DNA of 49,905 nucleotides from Deinococcales bacterium (GCA_031414595.1 JANNVX010000029.1:1-49905); one strand, 5' to 3'. Positions 9,241 through 20,040 are shown, counted from the stretch's first letter. Translations and numbers: made by a program. The notes: generated by a model not told the origin, from the sequence alone.

Positions 9241-10239
9241 ATGCCCAATGCTGAGGAAACCATGATCATCAATCGTCCCATGCAAGTCGTTATACTTGCA
9301 CTCGATCCCATCATTCTAAAACCAGAGATGCTCGAATTAGAATCTATTGGCATGGCGTTTTTTCTTGCCACTCATCCCGAAGAAGTGATTGGTTATTGTG
9401 CTAATGGGCTAATAGATGGGGTGGTTTTAAGTCCAGCCGAGACCCACACGATTCATTTAATCCAAACAATCAAGTCAGACCCACACACCAAAGTGCCAAT
9501 CATGGTGATGCTGGGGGCAGAACAACTCGACTTAGAAGAAACAATGCTGATGCATGGCGCAGATGATGTGATCACTGCCCCGTGGAATACGCGTGGTATT
9601 CGGACTCGGATTGAACGAATGTGCCGTAAGCATTTGCAAAGTTTGGGCATCGAAGATCAATATGCGATTATGAAATCACTGACCCAAACTGTCGAAAAAC
9701 ACGATCCTTACACCGCCCAACACGTCGAACGACTGCGTTTCTTGTCTGGGCATGTGGCAATTCAAATGGGTCGAACTGCCCGAGAAGTCGCCTCGATTCG
9801 AGCGGCTGGTTTACTGCATGACATTGGTAAAATTGCCATTCCTGGAACCATTTTAAGAAAACCGACTGCCTTAAGTCTAGAAGAATGGGCAATAATGCGT
9901 TTGCATCCGGTTCATGGGGCAGAAATTGCACTTAGTTTACCAGTTGGCGATGAAGTCGCCCCAATGGTACGTTCGCATCATGAACGTTGGGATGGAACTG
10001 GATATCCAGACGGAAAAGCCAACACCGATATTCCTCTTGGTGGACGAATTGTGTCGGTGGTGGATGCCTTTGACGCAATGACCTCGACCCGTCCGTACAG
10101 AGCAGCCTTATCCGTTGAAGAAGCCAGAAACCGTTTGGAGCGCGGGGCTGGGTCTCAATTTGATCCTTCGGTGGTTCATTCTTTGTTGAGTCTAGGTCCT
10201 GGAATGCTTAAAAAACAATTTCAATTGCCACAGAACTGA
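9241..10239 (+). CDS. HD-GYP phosphodiesterase with degenerate receiver domain
   Basis: DPYT..H..R, LLHDIGK, HHERWDGTGYPDG, DAFDAMTS.RPYR; N-terminal REC-like 'GADDVITAP' lacks the usual Lys of the KP motif. Confidence 0.9.
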   Translation: MPNAEETMIINRPMQVVILALDPIILKPEMLELESIGMAFFLATHPEEVIGYCANGLIDGVVLSPAETHTIHLIQTIKSDPHTKVPIMVMLGAEQLDLEETMLMHGADDVITAPWNTRGIRTRIERMCRKHLQSLGIEDQYAIMKSLTQTVEKHDPYTAQHVERLRFLSGHVAIQMGRTAREVASIRAAGLLHDIGKIAIPGTILRKPTALSLEEWAIMRLHPVHGAEIALSLPVGDEVAPMVRSHHERWDGTGYPDGKANTDIPLGGRIVSVVDAFDAMTSTRPYRAALSVEEARNRLERGAGSQFDPSVVHSLLSLGPGMLKKQFQLPQN

Positions 10240-10241
10240 TG

Positions 10242-10880
10242 CTAATGGCGTTTGCTGGTGCTGTAACGCAGGATTTGCCAATACATTTTGATTCGCCTAG
10301 CAACACCAGCCACCAAGCCTAGTTTTTGTTCTTTAATCACTTGGGAAACCCCGACCAAATCAATATACTCGAGCCGTAAATTTTCCGCAGCGATTTGGTC
10401 GTTGATCGCAATTTCGATGCCGTAACCGGCAGTTTCTAAGTTTTTAGCAGCTAAAATCGTGGCTCTTGGAATAACCCGTTGTCCGCTCCATTGCGGGGTG
10501 GCGCGGTTGCCAAAATCGGTGATGATTCCGCCGCCGACAAATAATCCTGCAGTCGTGTCGGCTCTTTTTTGCTCTACAGGCTCGAGCATCGCCTTTAAGT
10601 GCCGTACCTCGAGTTTTAAGAGGTCAGCATCTAAAAGCAGTACATAGGCTGTGCTGGCTTTTAATGCCCCTGCCTTGACCGCACCGCCCTTACCTCGGTT
10701 GGGATGAAGTTCCAGCACTTCTGCACCAGCAGTTCTAGCAAGTTGGGCGGTTTCGTCGCTGCTGCCGTCAGAAATCACAAGAATATTTTTGAAACCTGCT
10801 TCGCTTGCCACTTTGACCACGTTAGCAATGGTCTTGGCTTCGTTCAGGGCTGGAATCAAAACAGTGATGTCCAAGGTCAT
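10242..10880 (-). CDS. Glycosyltransferase family 2
   Basis: IPALNE, DGSSD, NRGKG, DAD. Confidence 0.9.
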   Translation of the reverse strand: MTLDITVLIPALNEAKTIANVVKVASEAGFKNILVISDGSSDETAQLARTAGAEVLELHPNRGKGGAVKAGALKASTAYVLLLDADLLKLEVRHLKAMLEPVEQKRADTTAGLFVGGGIITDFGNRATPQWSGQRVIPRATILAAKNLETAGYGIEIAINDQIAAENLRLEYIDLVGVSQVIKEQKLGLVAGVARRIKMYWQILRYSTSKRH

Positions 10881-11935
10881 TGCCCTAATCTACTGATGTC
10901 TTGGACCGTCACCAAGAGAATAAAGACCATCACAAAAATAAATCCCGCAAAATTGATTTTCTCTTCTTGCCCCGGAGCAAATGGTTTACGGCGCAAAGCC
11001 ACAATACTCGAGAGTAGAATTCTGCCACCGTCTAAGCCCGGAATTGGCAACAAGTTAAAGAGACCCAAAGATAAATTGATAATTCCAGCTAGAAATAAAA
11101 CTGGGAAAAACCCTTGCTGGGCAACTTGGGCAGTCGCATTGACTGCCCCGACAGGTCCTTGAAGGTTGTCGTCGCGTTGAAAGGTAACGGTGCGAAAAAT
11201 TCCGCCAATGATGGCTTCTATAAATTGGGGAATGCCCCCAATTAGAGTATTGGCACTTTGGCTAAAGGCTTCGGTAACAGAAATGGCTTCAAAACGGGTT
11301 TCAAATCCGATGGCAACCCCAAATTTAGGACGGGTTTGCCCGGGAAAAGTGGTTGGCGACCACTCAAAAGTAATATCTAGGGTTTGGCTATCGCGCTGCA
11401 CAGTAAAAGTGCGCTGACCATTGGTTTGTAGATTTTTGCGTACTTCTTCGGTCTCCTTGACTGATTTACCGTTAATTTTAAGTAAAAAGTCTTGGCTGCG
11501 AAATCCAGCTTTTTCGGCTTGTGAGGCGGGTTGTACCCCCAACTGAATCCGCTCGAGGATTACGGATTTACCTTGTCCGAGAAAAGCAAAACCAACAATC
11601 ACGATGGCAAGAATTACATTGGAAAGCGGTCCTGCAAACAGAATCGCAAATTTACCCCAATAGCCAAGTTTGGCAAAGCCGTGGCTGGGTGGGATTGGTG
11701 TACCCACAGCATCAAATTCGGTTGGGGCTAATCCGTCTATATCAACATAACCACCAATCGGAAACAAAGAAATGCGCCATTCGGTGTTGCGCCATTCACG
11801 CCGCCAGATAATTGGACCCAAACCGATAGAAAAGGCTTTGACTGCTACGCCTTGGGCGCGAGCGGCAGCATAATGCGCCAGTTCATGCACAAAAACCGCG
11901 ATATTAACAATAATCAACCAAACAAGAATGCCCAC
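10877..11935 (-). CDS. rseP: RseP-like M50 membrane metalloprotease with PDZ domain
   Basis: HELAH, PIGGYV, AGP..N, NLLPIPGLDGG. Confidence 0.9.
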   Translation of the reverse strand: MGILVWLIIVNIAVFVHELAHYAAARAQGVAVKAFSIGLGPIIWRREWRNTEWRISLFPIGGYVDIDGLAPTEFDAVGTPIPPSHGFAKLGYWGKFAILFAGPLSNVILAIVIVGFAFLGQGKSVILERIQLGVQPASQAEKAGFRSQDFLLKINGKSVKETEEVRKNLQTNGQRTFTVQRDSQTLDITFEWSPTTFPGQTRPKFGVAIGFETRFEAISVTEAFSQSANTLIGGIPQFIEAIIGGIFRTVTFQRDDNLQGPVGAVNATAQVAQQGFFPVLFLAGIINLSLGLFNLLPIPGLDGGRILLSSIVALRRKPFAPGQEEKINFAGFIFVMVFILLVTVQDISRLGQ

Positions 11936-11986
11936 AAGGTTATTTTACCCAAACCAAGTGAACCAAGAATGAATCCCAAGCCTGTA

Positions 11987-13276
11987 TTAACGAACCGCAA
12001 AACCTTGTTTCCAAGCAAGGTCTAGGCTTTGTTCCTGCCAGAGTTTGGTCAATTGTCCAAACGATATTTTGTTTTCTAAAGCGGCATCAAAGAGTTTACG
12101 GTAGACCACATCGGCACTGGGCAACCATGGCGACCAATCAAATTTTTCTGGAATGACATTTGAAGCATTGCGGTAAACCTCGGTGGGGTTTTCATTAAAG
12201 ACTTGGGTGGGTTGCCCACCTAACTCGGGCAAGTCAAACCCCGCAGTCATGGCAGGTAATCGCGCTTCGGTGTTCCAAAAATGGCTTATCGCATCCGAAG
12301 AAGTGGCTGTAAATATGGCAAAAGCAGTGGCGGCATTTGGAAACCGTGTGGCTTTTGGAATCACCAAACTCGAGCCGCCAAGATTACCACTGCTGGCACG
12401 CCCTGCATTGGGTAAAGCCATAAGTCGGTAGACTGCCCCTTTTGCCACAGCTGGCTCGAGATTGCGGGTGAACGCTCCTAATGCCCAAGCTGGCACGATG
12501 GCGCTGGAAAGCCGTCCACTGCGAAGCGCATTCCAATGCTCGACACTGTACTCGGGTATGGTGGTGACGAAATTTTGGCGAATTAAGGTTCCCCAATAGG
12601 ACATCACTTGGCGGGTCAGTGGGGTATCTAGGGTTTGGGTAAAACCACTTGGTTCTTTTGTCCAAAGCGTACCGCCTTGCGCCCAAACCAAAGCCGCAAA
12701 AAATAAACTCGAACGATCAAAATTGATTAACTTGACTTGGTTGTTGCTTTTTTGGGCTAAAGCGCTGCCAAGTCTGGCAAAATCTGCCCAAGTGCGTGGT
12801 GGCACTAGATTGTAACGACTTAGAATATCTTGGCGGTAAACCATGGCTAACGCGCCGATGTCTTGGGGCAGCCCGTAAACTTTACCTAGGCTCGAGACTT
12901 GCGAAGTCGCCCACGGTGCAAACACACCTTTGATGTTAGGTAGTGCCAATAAGCCACCAGTGCGCTGTAACCAAGGTATAAAAGCATATTCAACCCTTGC
13001 CACATCGGGCAGTCCCTCACCTGAGTTTAGAGCAGCTTGCAAGTTCTTATAGAGTTCTGTGCCGCTACTAAAAGTTCGGGTTTGAATTTTTAAGTTATAC
13101 CTGATTTGAAATAACCGAGCTATTTCCTCGAGACCAGGGGTCACACTCCAAATGGTCAATTCAGCATTTTCTTCGGGCAGTGGAGAATCTGGCTCGACGT
13201 GGCGTTGTAAAGCCAATCCCAAACTGGCAAGGCATAAAGTGATCAATAGTGATAATCGTATAAGCACAGACTTCAT
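11987..13276 (-). CDS. Sugar ABC transporter substrate-binding protein
   Basis: Signal peptide, PDVA, GKVYGLP.D, MVYR.D, GGS.L.IP. Confidence 0.82.
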   Translation of the reverse strand: MKSVLIRLSLLITLCLASLGLALQRHVEPDSPLPEENAELTIWSVTPGLEEIARLFQIRYNLKIQTRTFSSGTELYKNLQAALNSGEGLPDVARVEYAFIPWLQRTGGLLALPNIKGVFAPWATSQVSSLGKVYGLPQDIGALAMVYRQDILSRYNLVPPRTWADFARLGSALAQKSNNQVKLINFDRSSLFFAALVWAQGGTLWTKEPSGFTQTLDTPLTRQVMSYWGTLIRQNFVTTIPEYSVEHWNALRSGRLSSAIVPAWALGAFTRNLEPAVAKGAVYRLMALPNAGRASSGNLGGSSLVIPKATRFPNAATAFAIFTATSSDAISHFWNTEARLPAMTAGFDLPELGGQPTQVFNENPTEVYRNASNVIPEKFDWSPWLPSADVVYRKLFDAALENKISFGQLTKLWQEQSLDLAWKQGFAVR

Positions 13277-13314
13277 CGTGATTAGTTTAACTCAAAAACC
13301 CAGTATCATAAGAC

Positions 13315-14631
13315 ATGAATATCCTTGATGCTCGAGCCGCCTTAGACAAAGGTGAAGTCAGCAGTTTGCAGTTGGTCGAAGCTGCCCTTGAACAAAACAA
13401 CCAGAATACTGACCTGAATATCTTTGCCCATTTAGCTGCTAAAGAAGCCCTTGAAGCCGCCAAAGTTGCCGATACAACTGCCAAAAAAGGCGTACTGCAT
13501 GGTATCCCAGTCACGATTAAAGATTTATTTAATGTTGCCAATATGCCTACCCTCGCTGGGACACACGCCGAGTTACCTCAAGAATTCCAAAACCCAGTTG
13601 ACCATGCTCGAGCCGTGCAGCATTTAATCAATGCTGGTGCAATTATTTTAGGCAAAACCAATATGCACGAAATCGCCCTCGGCATTACTGGCGAAAACCT
13701 TTGGACTGGCGATGTTAAAAATCCGCTTGACCCAAACCGTCAAGCAGGCGGCTCGAGCAGTGGCAGTGCGGCAGCTGTAGCTGCCACAATTGGACTGGCG
13801 AGTTTAGGGTCAGACACAGGCGGTTCGGTGCGAATTCCAGCTAGTTTTTGTGGGATTGTTGGTTTTAAGCCGAGCTTTGGCTGGATTCCTTTAGATGGTG
13901 TGCTGCCTTTAAGCATGACTTGTGACCATGCTGGGGTGCTGACCAATTCTGTGACTGATGCCCACACCATGCTCGAGGTTTTGGCACACCGAAATTTGCC
14001 ATTGCGACATTTGAACGGGTTAGGCGGTATTCGCATTGGGGTGCTTAGGGATTGGCTTGAGGGTCGGCTTGGCGCAACAGTGCGTCAAGACTTTGAACGG
14101 TTAATCGAGCAACTGCGCGAGGCTGGGGCAGAAGTGCTTGAAGTAACAAGCCAACATCTTGAACTTGCCAGTCCATGTTACACCACCATCGTTCGAGCCG
14201 AAGCCGCTTATATTCACCGTACCGCCTTAAACACCAAGCCCGAAGGTTTCTCGAGTCTGATCAGACCCGCGCTTGAAGATGGGGTTACAATTACCGCAAC
14301 GGCGTATTTAGAAGCTCGAGCCAAACGGCGTTTGGTGCGAACTGGACTTGAAACAACCTTGAATCAGGTGGATGCGCTGATTTTGCCAGCCGCACCTTTG
14401 GCTGCGCCAATTCGCGGTACACAAGAAGTGATGCTCGAGTCGGGAATGCGCTCACACCGCAGTGCCTTTATTGATTTGACCATCCCCTTTAGTTTGGTGG
14501 GGTTGCCTACGCTGTCTTTGCCCTTTACCAAAGAATCTGGTTTACCAGTCGGATTACAAATTGTCGCGGCTCGAGGCGACGACAGCACCGCTTTAGAGTT
14601 AGGCTGGTGGCTTGAGCGCAACCGTTTATGA
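13315..14631 (+). CDS. Amidase signature family protein
   Basis: [41 protein letters not shown]. Confidence 0.93.
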   Translation: MNILDARAALDKGEVSSLQLVEAALEQNNQNTDLNIFAHLAAKEALEAAKVADTTAKKGVLHGIPVTIKDLFNVANMPTLAGTHAELPQEFQNPVDHARAVQHLINAGAIILGKTNMHEIALGITGENLWTGDVKNPLDPNRQAGGSSSGSAAAVAATIGLASLGSDTGGSVRIPASFCGIVGFKPSFGWIPLDGVLPLSMTCDHAGVLTNSVTDAHTMLEVLAHRNLPLRHLNGLGGIRIGVLRDWLEGRLGATVRQDFERLIEQLREAGAEVLEVTSQHLELASPCYTTIVRAEAAYIHRTALNTKPEGFSSLIRPALEDGVTITATAYLEARAKRRLVRTGLETTLNQVDALILPAAPLAAPIRGTQEVMLESGMRSHRSAFIDLTIPFSLVGLPTLSLPFTKESGLPVGLQIVAARGDDSTALELGWWLERNRL

Positions 14632-15399
14632 TTTTTTAGTGCCTTTGGTTTTTGGGTTGGCTTTGGTTTTCTTAACTGCCTTGGTTTTAGTGGCAGCTTT
14701 TTTAACAGCCTTGGTCTTACTCGAGGGCAGCGAATGACTTTTCATCAGTTCGATACGGGCAGCAATCTCGGTTTGCAGTCTTGTGGCTTCTTGTTCAAGA
14801 CGGTCTTGGGCATCGTCGAGTTCAAAACGTAAACGCATCACTTCTTCGACCCCCGCTAAATTAACCCCGAGTTCTTGGGTTAAGCGCTTAATGTCTTTTA
14901 GGTGCAGTACATCGCGCTCTGAGTACAAACGTGTTTTACCACTCGAACGCTTTGGGCGAATCAGGTTTTTACGCTCATATAAGCGCAGGGTCTGCGGGTG
15001 CATGTCCACCAATTCAGCTGCCACACTAATCACAAAAACCCCTTTGTCTTTGGGGTCGTCGGAAAGCAGGTTGGCGCTTTGGGCTGTAAATTCGGCTCTG
15101 ATTGCCCCCTCGAGACGATAAATTTCACCCTCAAATTGACTTTGAACCTCATCGAGTTCAAAACGCAATTTCATAATCTCCTCTACCCCAGCCAAATTAA
15201 CCCCAAGTTCTTGGGTTAAGCGGCGAATTTCGCGCAGGTATTCGATGTCACGCTCGGAGTACAAACGGGTTTTGCCGCTCGAGCGTCCGGGGCGAATTAA
15301 GCCTTTGCGTTCGTATAAACGCAAGGTTTGCGGGTGCATTTCGACAAGTTCGGCTGCCACGCTAATAACGTACACTGGACGGTCTTTGGCATCGGACAC
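14626..15399 (-). CDS. hspR: Heat-shock repressor HspR, fused tandem MerR domains
   Basis: Two near-identical [38 protein letters not shown] domains; Lys-rich tail. Confidence 0.9.
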   Translation of the reverse strand: MSDAKDRPVYVISVAAELVEMHPQTLRLYERKGLIRPGRSSGKTRLYSERDIEYLREIRRLTQELGVNLAGVEEIMKLRFELDEVQSQFEGEIYRLEGAIRAEFTAQSANLLSDDPKDKGVFVISVAAELVDMHPQTLRLYERKNLIRPKRSSGKTRLYSERDVLHLKDIKRLTQELGVNLAGVEEVMRLRFELDDAQDRLEQEATRLQTEIAARIELMKSHSLPSSKTKAVKKAATKTKAVKKTKANPKTKGTKKS

Positions 15400-15471
15400 A
15401 GCATCAGTATACCTGTTTTTACCGATACAAGGAATTCTTAGGATTTGAGGCTCAGATAAATCAATTTTATT

Positions 15472-15506
15472 ATGTGATTATTTTCACGATTATTTAATTT
15501 GTGAAA
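15472..15506. promoter_or_regulatory. Putative TF box, second copy
   Basis: ATGTGATTATTTTCACGATTATTTAATTTGTGAAA, similar to 4230-4265. Confidence 0.45.
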
Positions 15507-15553
15507 CATTTCTGCCAAATTTACCATTTGTGCTTTTCGCCGTACAATAAGGC

Positions 15554-15808
15554 ATGACTTGGATTAACTGGCGCGAACTTGAAGCAGCCATCCCACTCGA
15601 GCGACTGCCCGATTTTCATCGTGCATTCTTGGCGGCTCGGGGAGTCGAAAACCCAGAAACGATGATGTTACGCCGCATCCAACAAAGCGTTGAGCGTGAA
15701 CTCAATACATTGCTGCGCGACAAAAAAGCCAAACAGGAGGAAGAAACACTTTTTGTTTTAAGTGATGAAATCCCTGAACCTTGGCTCGAGTTTGCCAGCA
15801 CAAAATAA
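15554..15808 (+). CDS. Hypothetical protein (84 aa)
   Basis: TACAAT 5 nt before ATG (leaderless pattern); plausible protein composition. Confidence 0.75.
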   Translation: MTWINWRELEAAIPLERLPDFHRAFLAARGVENPETMMLRRIQQSVERELNTLLRDKKAKQEEETLFVLSDEIPEPWLEFASTK

Positions 15809-15910
15809 TGGTCTTTAGATTTACAAAAGAAATTTCAAATTCTCGAGAACTGAAGGTAGAAGCCAAAAAAACCTAGTCTCGAGCAGAAAATTAGGCTAGA
15901 ATCACTCACC

Positions 15911-16891
15911 ATGTTCTGGAAGAAACCCGACAGCACACAAAGTTTAATTAAACGCAAAGCCATCAAAAGTGGCATGACCGTGCTGGTTATCCCAGACAGT
16001 GGCGAATCGCATCAACTTCGTTTCAAATGGACTTGGTTAATTGTGGTGGCGATTCTCGGGCTATGTATTGGCATTGGCGCGGTTGGCGCACCGCTTTTGC
16101 TGGCTGCCAGCGTGCAAACCAATGTGAGTTTATTTGCTGACCGTACCAGATTACAACTCGAGAAAGCCAATTTAGAACGTCAACTTGGACTTGAAAAAGG
16201 CAAGGTGCTTTCCTTAACCAATAAAACCCAGAACTTTGGCAAACGCTTACTCGAGCTAGAATCTCGCTTGGGGGCAGTCGAAAACCGGGCTGGAATTTCC
16301 AAGATTGAGCGCACCAGCACCAAACCCGGTGGCGGCGCAAATAACTTAGAACTTAAAGACCCTTTTGCCATGCTGAGTGTCCTAGACCAATTGCTAAATC
16401 AAACCGATAGCCGTTTTAGCAAAAGCCTGACCCCACTGGACAACACCATGCGCCGTGAAGCCGCTATTCCTGCTGGCTACCCGACATCTGGGCGGATTAC
16501 CTCTATATTTGGCACTCGAGTCTCGCCGCGTGGTGGAAGACTCGAGCAACACACGGGTTGGGACATTGCCACCAACAATGGCGCACCTGTGCGGGTGACT
16601 GCGCCCGGTGTGGTTGAAGTGGCTGGCTGGACAAACCTTGGTTATGGGCTGCATCTTGTTATCAATCATGGCTACGGCTATAAAACCTTGTATGGGCATT
16701 TATCGCGGCTGAATGTCAATTCTGGCGATACCGTCTCGAGTAACGACCTGATTGGTTTTGTTGGCAGCACAGGTAACAGCACCGGACCACATCTGCATTA
16801 CGAAGTTCGGGTTGGCAACACCCCGATTAACCCTAAAAATTTCTTAGCTCGAGACCGACCCAAATTTGACAGCTTAGAGCTAGTGCGCTAA
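15911..16891 (+). CDS. M23 metallopeptidase with TM helix and coiled coil
   Basis: HTGWD, YGHL, STGPHLHYEV. Confidence 0.93.
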   Translation: MFWKKPDSTQSLIKRKAIKSGMTVLVIPDSGESHQLRFKWTWLIVVAILGLCIGIGAVGAPLLLAASVQTNVSLFADRTRLQLEKANLERQLGLEKGKVLSLTNKTQNFGKRLLELESRLGAVENRAGISKIERTSTKPGGGANNLELKDPFAMLSVLDQLLNQTDSRFSKSLTPLDNTMRREAAIPAGYPTSGRITSIFGTRVSPRGGRLEQHTGWDIATNNGAPVRVTAPGVVEVAGWTNLGYGLHLVINHGYGYKTLYGHLSRLNVNSGDTVSSNDLIGFVGSTGNSTGPHLHYEVRVGNTPINPKNFLARDRPKFDSLELVR

Positions 16892-16935
16892 TGCAATCTA
16901 AAACTTATGTACTGATGCAATTCTTGGAGAAAATC

Positions 16936-17358
16936 ATGATTGGACGCGGCAACCAACAAAAAAACCAAAGCAACAATGCCCAAGGCGCTGGCTACACATA
17001 TGTCGAAAAAGGCACAGTTATCAAAGGTGACCTTAGCTCGAGTGGTGCAATGCGTTGTGACGGCAACATCAACGGCAATGTCAACATTAAAGGCAACTTA
17101 GAAATTTCCAGTGGCGCAAGCATAGACGGCGAAAATATCGAATGCGACAATCTGATTCTGCACGGCAGTATCAAAGCCAATGTGATCGCCAAAGGCAAAA
17201 TCACGATTACCAAAAGTGGCAAATTGGTTGGAGACGTTAAAGCCAGTGCCTTAGACATCGAAGCGGGCGCAGTTTTTAGTGGGCGCAGTGAAATGAACGC
17301 CAGTGGTACTGCCCTCGAGAAACCAAGTGATAAAACCAGTATCGGACGTGTAAGCTAG
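16936..17358 (+). CDS. Bactofilin (polymer-forming cytoskeletal protein)
   Basis: Beta-helix repeats 'GT.IKGDL...G.MR.DG...G', 'GDV.A..L.IE.GA.F.G'; RBS GGAG before ATG 16936. Confidence 0.9.
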   Translation: MIGRGNQQKNQSNNAQGAGYTYVEKGTVIKGDLSSSGAMRCDGNINGNVNIKGNLEISSGASIDGENIECDNLILHGSIKANVIAKGKITITKSGKLVGDVKASALDIEAGAVFSGRSEMNASGTALEKPSDKTSIGRVS

Positions 17359-17377
17359 AAGCATTAAAGCTCAACGC

Positions 17378-18259
17378 TCATCGCCGCTTTGTCCAATAGC
17401 GCATTAAGCCATTGGCTGCCATCAGGTACGGTGTTGACAATTCGTATTTGGTCTCGAGGGTTTTATCTCCAATCTGGGCTTGGGCGTACTCCTTAATACC
17501 ATCGGCAATTTGTTCGGCAGTGCCGCCAGATTGAGTAATCGTTTTTGACATCTGCTCGAGATGAGCAAGGCCATGCTCGAGTTTTGCAAAGTGATGTTCG
17601 GTGTCGCAAAATTTGCCAAAATGGGTTAGGAATAAGCACTTAGGCGCAAGCGCCCTGAGTTTGGCGAGACTTTGATGCCATGCCGCAAAATCTATGTCTG
17701 GTGGCGGCGTAGGAGCTATCACATGGTCAGCCCCTTGAAGGCGCACCCCACCGACATCTCCACAAAAAAGGTCATCTCCAAAAGCATAAGCAAGATGATG
17801 AATCGCATGACCGGGGGTATAGATGGCTTGCACCTCGAGGTTCGAGATATTCAGGGTTTCTATACCCTCGAGTACCACCAATTGGTTTTCTGGAACAGCT
17901 TCAAACTTTCCCCAGAGCGGTTGCATCATCGCACCGTATATCCGCGTGGCACTCTCGAGCAAGCGCTCAGGGCGTTTTAAGTGACTTGCCCCATGTTGAT
18001 GCACATAGACTTGTAAATTCGGCAGTTCTCGAGCCAGCGTACCCGCCGCACCAGCATGGTCAAGATGAATATGGGTCAGTAACAAGTGCTTGACATCAGT
18101 AAACTCATACCCAAGTGCCGCTATTCCAGCTTTGAGTTTGGGTAATGTGCTTTCAGGACCACAATCCACTATTAAATGCCCAGCCTCAGACGGAATAAAA
18201 TGCGCCGCCACTGTACCGGTTGAACCCATCAACTCGAGGTCAATGGTGTGTATTTTCAT
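17378..18259 (-). CDS. MBL-fold metallo-hydrolase
   Basis: THIHLDHAG, TPGH, CGD, THFG. Confidence 0.92.
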   Translation of the reverse strand: MKIHTIDLELMGSTGTVAAHFIPSEAGHLIVDCGPESTLPKLKAGIAALGYEFTDVKHLLLTHIHLDHAGAAGTLARELPNLQVYVHQHGASHLKRPERLLESATRIYGAMMQPLWGKFEAVPENQLVVLEGIETLNISNLEVQAIYTPGHAIHHLAYAFGDDLFCGDVGGVRLQGADHVIAPTPPPDIDFAAWHQSLAKLRALAPKCLFLTHFGKFCDTEHHFAKLEHGLAHLEQMSKTITQSGGTAEQIADGIKEYAQAQIGDKTLETKYELSTPYLMAANGLMRYWTKRR

Positions 18260-19008
18260 GCTTTATCGCCAATGTACGTTTTGAGAACACCAATCCCAGC
18301 CACAGTCAATTCAATGTGATCGCCAGCGTTTAATGCACCAACACCTTCGGGTGTTCCCGTGATAATCACGTCGCCAGCTTCTAAGGTCATAAACTGCGAG
18401 ACATAACTAATCACAAAAGGCACACTGTAAATCATATTGCTGGTGGCACTATCCTGACGAATTTCACCGTTGATGCGGGTGGTGACTCGAGACTGGCTTG
18501 GGTCTAAATCGGTTTCTAAATGCGGACCAAATGGCAAGAAGTTATCTGCACCTTTAGCCCTAAACCATTGCAAATCTGATTTTTGCTTGTCCCGAGCCGT
18601 TAAATCAATGGCACAAGTATAGCCAAGCACATGCGAAAGTGCTTCAGTTTGCGAGACTTTACTGGCTCGAGATTTCATGACTAATCCAAGTTCACCTTCA
18701 AAATGAAAATTTTCTGTCCAAGCTGGGTAGGCAATCGTGCTTTTGTGCAGTGCTAAGGTGTTTGGTCCTTTCAAGAATAAACCCGGTTCTGGCGGCACTT
18801 CACCACCCATTTCGGCAGCATGAGCCGCATAATTCTTGCCAACACAAACGATTTTACTTGGCGCGGCTGGCACAATGATATTCAGGTAAGCCGTTTCATG
18901 GACGACACCCGTTTCCTCGAGATTCGGCAAAGTCACCACCCGCACCAATCTATCCTCGAGAATGCCCCAGTGAATCACGTTTTCAAACTCAAATCGAATT
19001 AGTTTCAT
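18256..19008 (-). CDS. Fumarylacetoacetate hydrolase family protein
   Basis: KIVCVGKNYAAH, EGEL, DLTARD, GDVIITGTPEGVG. Confidence 0.93.
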   Translation of the reverse strand: MKLIRFEFENVIHWGILEDRLVRVVTLPNLEETGVVHETAYLNIIVPAAPSKIVCVGKNYAAHAAEMGGEVPPEPGLFLKGPNTLALHKSTIAYPAWTENFHFEGELGLVMKSRASKVSQTEALSHVLGYTCAIDLTARDKQKSDLQWFRAKGADNFLPFGPHLETDLDPSQSRVTTRINGEIRQDSATSNMIYSVPFVISYVSQFMTLEAGDVIITGTPEGVGALNAGDHIELTVAGIGVLKTYIGDKA

Positions 19009-19044
19009 AAGAGTAGTTTAACAATTTTTTTATAGAATACGGTA

Positions 19045-20040
19045 ATGAACCCAAGTCAAGTGATTTTGCAGCACCTCGAGACTCGCCAGATTCCAGCCGT
19101 GGCTTGGGCGTTTGGACAGGTAGACAGACTTGAACTAGATTGTACTGGTAACTTATGGCACACCGAAGACGCACCCGTCGTCACTTTAGAAACCATTTTT
19201 GACTTAGCCAGTTTAACCAAAGTGTTGGTGACTGTGCCACTTTTGCTCAGACTGATTGGGGCTGGAAAACTTGACCCAAACGCACCATTACTCGAGGTAC
19301 TACCAGAGATTCGCGGCTTACCACTCGGAACTGCCACGGTACGGCAATTGGTCTCACACACGGCTGGACTCGAAGCACTATCGCCCTTACGCACATGGAA
19401 ATTACCAAGAGAAACCGCATTACTAACCACCCTCGAGATGCCACGACCAAAGACTGGGATTGTTTATTCTGACCAAGGTTTTTTAGTGCTGACCTATCTG
19501 CTTGAGAAATTGTTTAACGCAAGGTTAGATATTGTCGCCAGCCAAGAATTATTTGTTCCCCACGGTATCAACTTAACCTATATGCCAGACTCGAGACTTT
19601 GTGCTGCCACTGAAATTGACCAGAACGGAAAACTGATTATTGGACGAGTTCACGATGAAAACACCGTGGCTCTGGGGGGTGTATCTGGACACGCTGGATT
19701 ATTTGGCAATCTGCTCGAGGTCTGTAAATACATGAATGCGCTGATGACTGGTCAAGTTATTTCTTTTAGGCTGCTTGAGATGATGCAGCAAGCAGTGGCA
19801 AAAGAAACTCATGATGCTCGGGCTTTTGGCTGGCTGATAGCCCACGAAAATTGGATTGGCGGACAGAACGCCCCACCCGATACCCTTGGGCATACTGGAT
19901 TTACTGGCACTGGCATTTGGTTTTCTTTGAACACCCAGCAGTGCAATGTTTTACTTTCTAACCGTGTTTGTCCGTCTCGAGAAACCCCTAACGACATTGC
20001 TGGGTTAAGGCGAAAATTCAACCAAGCCGCTTGGCGATAA
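19045..20040 (+). CDS. Serine hydrolase, beta-lactamase (AmpC-like) family
   Basis: DLASLTK (SxxK), SHTAGL, YSD, GHAGLF, GHTGFTG. Confidence 0.9.
   Translation: MNPSQVILQHLETRQIPAVAWAFGQVDRLELDCTGNLWHTEDAPVVTLETIFDLASLTKVLVTVPLLLRLIGAGKLDPNAPLLEVLPEIRGLPLGTATVRQLVSHTAGLEALSPLRTWKLPRETALLTTLEMPRPKTGIVYSDQGFLVLTYLLEKLFNARLDIVASQELFVPHGINLTYMPDSRLCAATEIDQNGKLIIGRVHDENTVALGGVSGHAGLFGNLLEVCKYMNALMTGQVISFRLLEMMQQAVAKETHDARAFGWLIAHENWIGGQNAPPDTLGHTGFTGTGIWFSLNTQQCNVLLSNRVCPSRETPNDIAGLRRKFNQAAWR

Noticed and set aside
15911-17358. M23 peptidase plus bactofilin as a novel system
   Set aside because: This pairing is a well-described cell-shape module.
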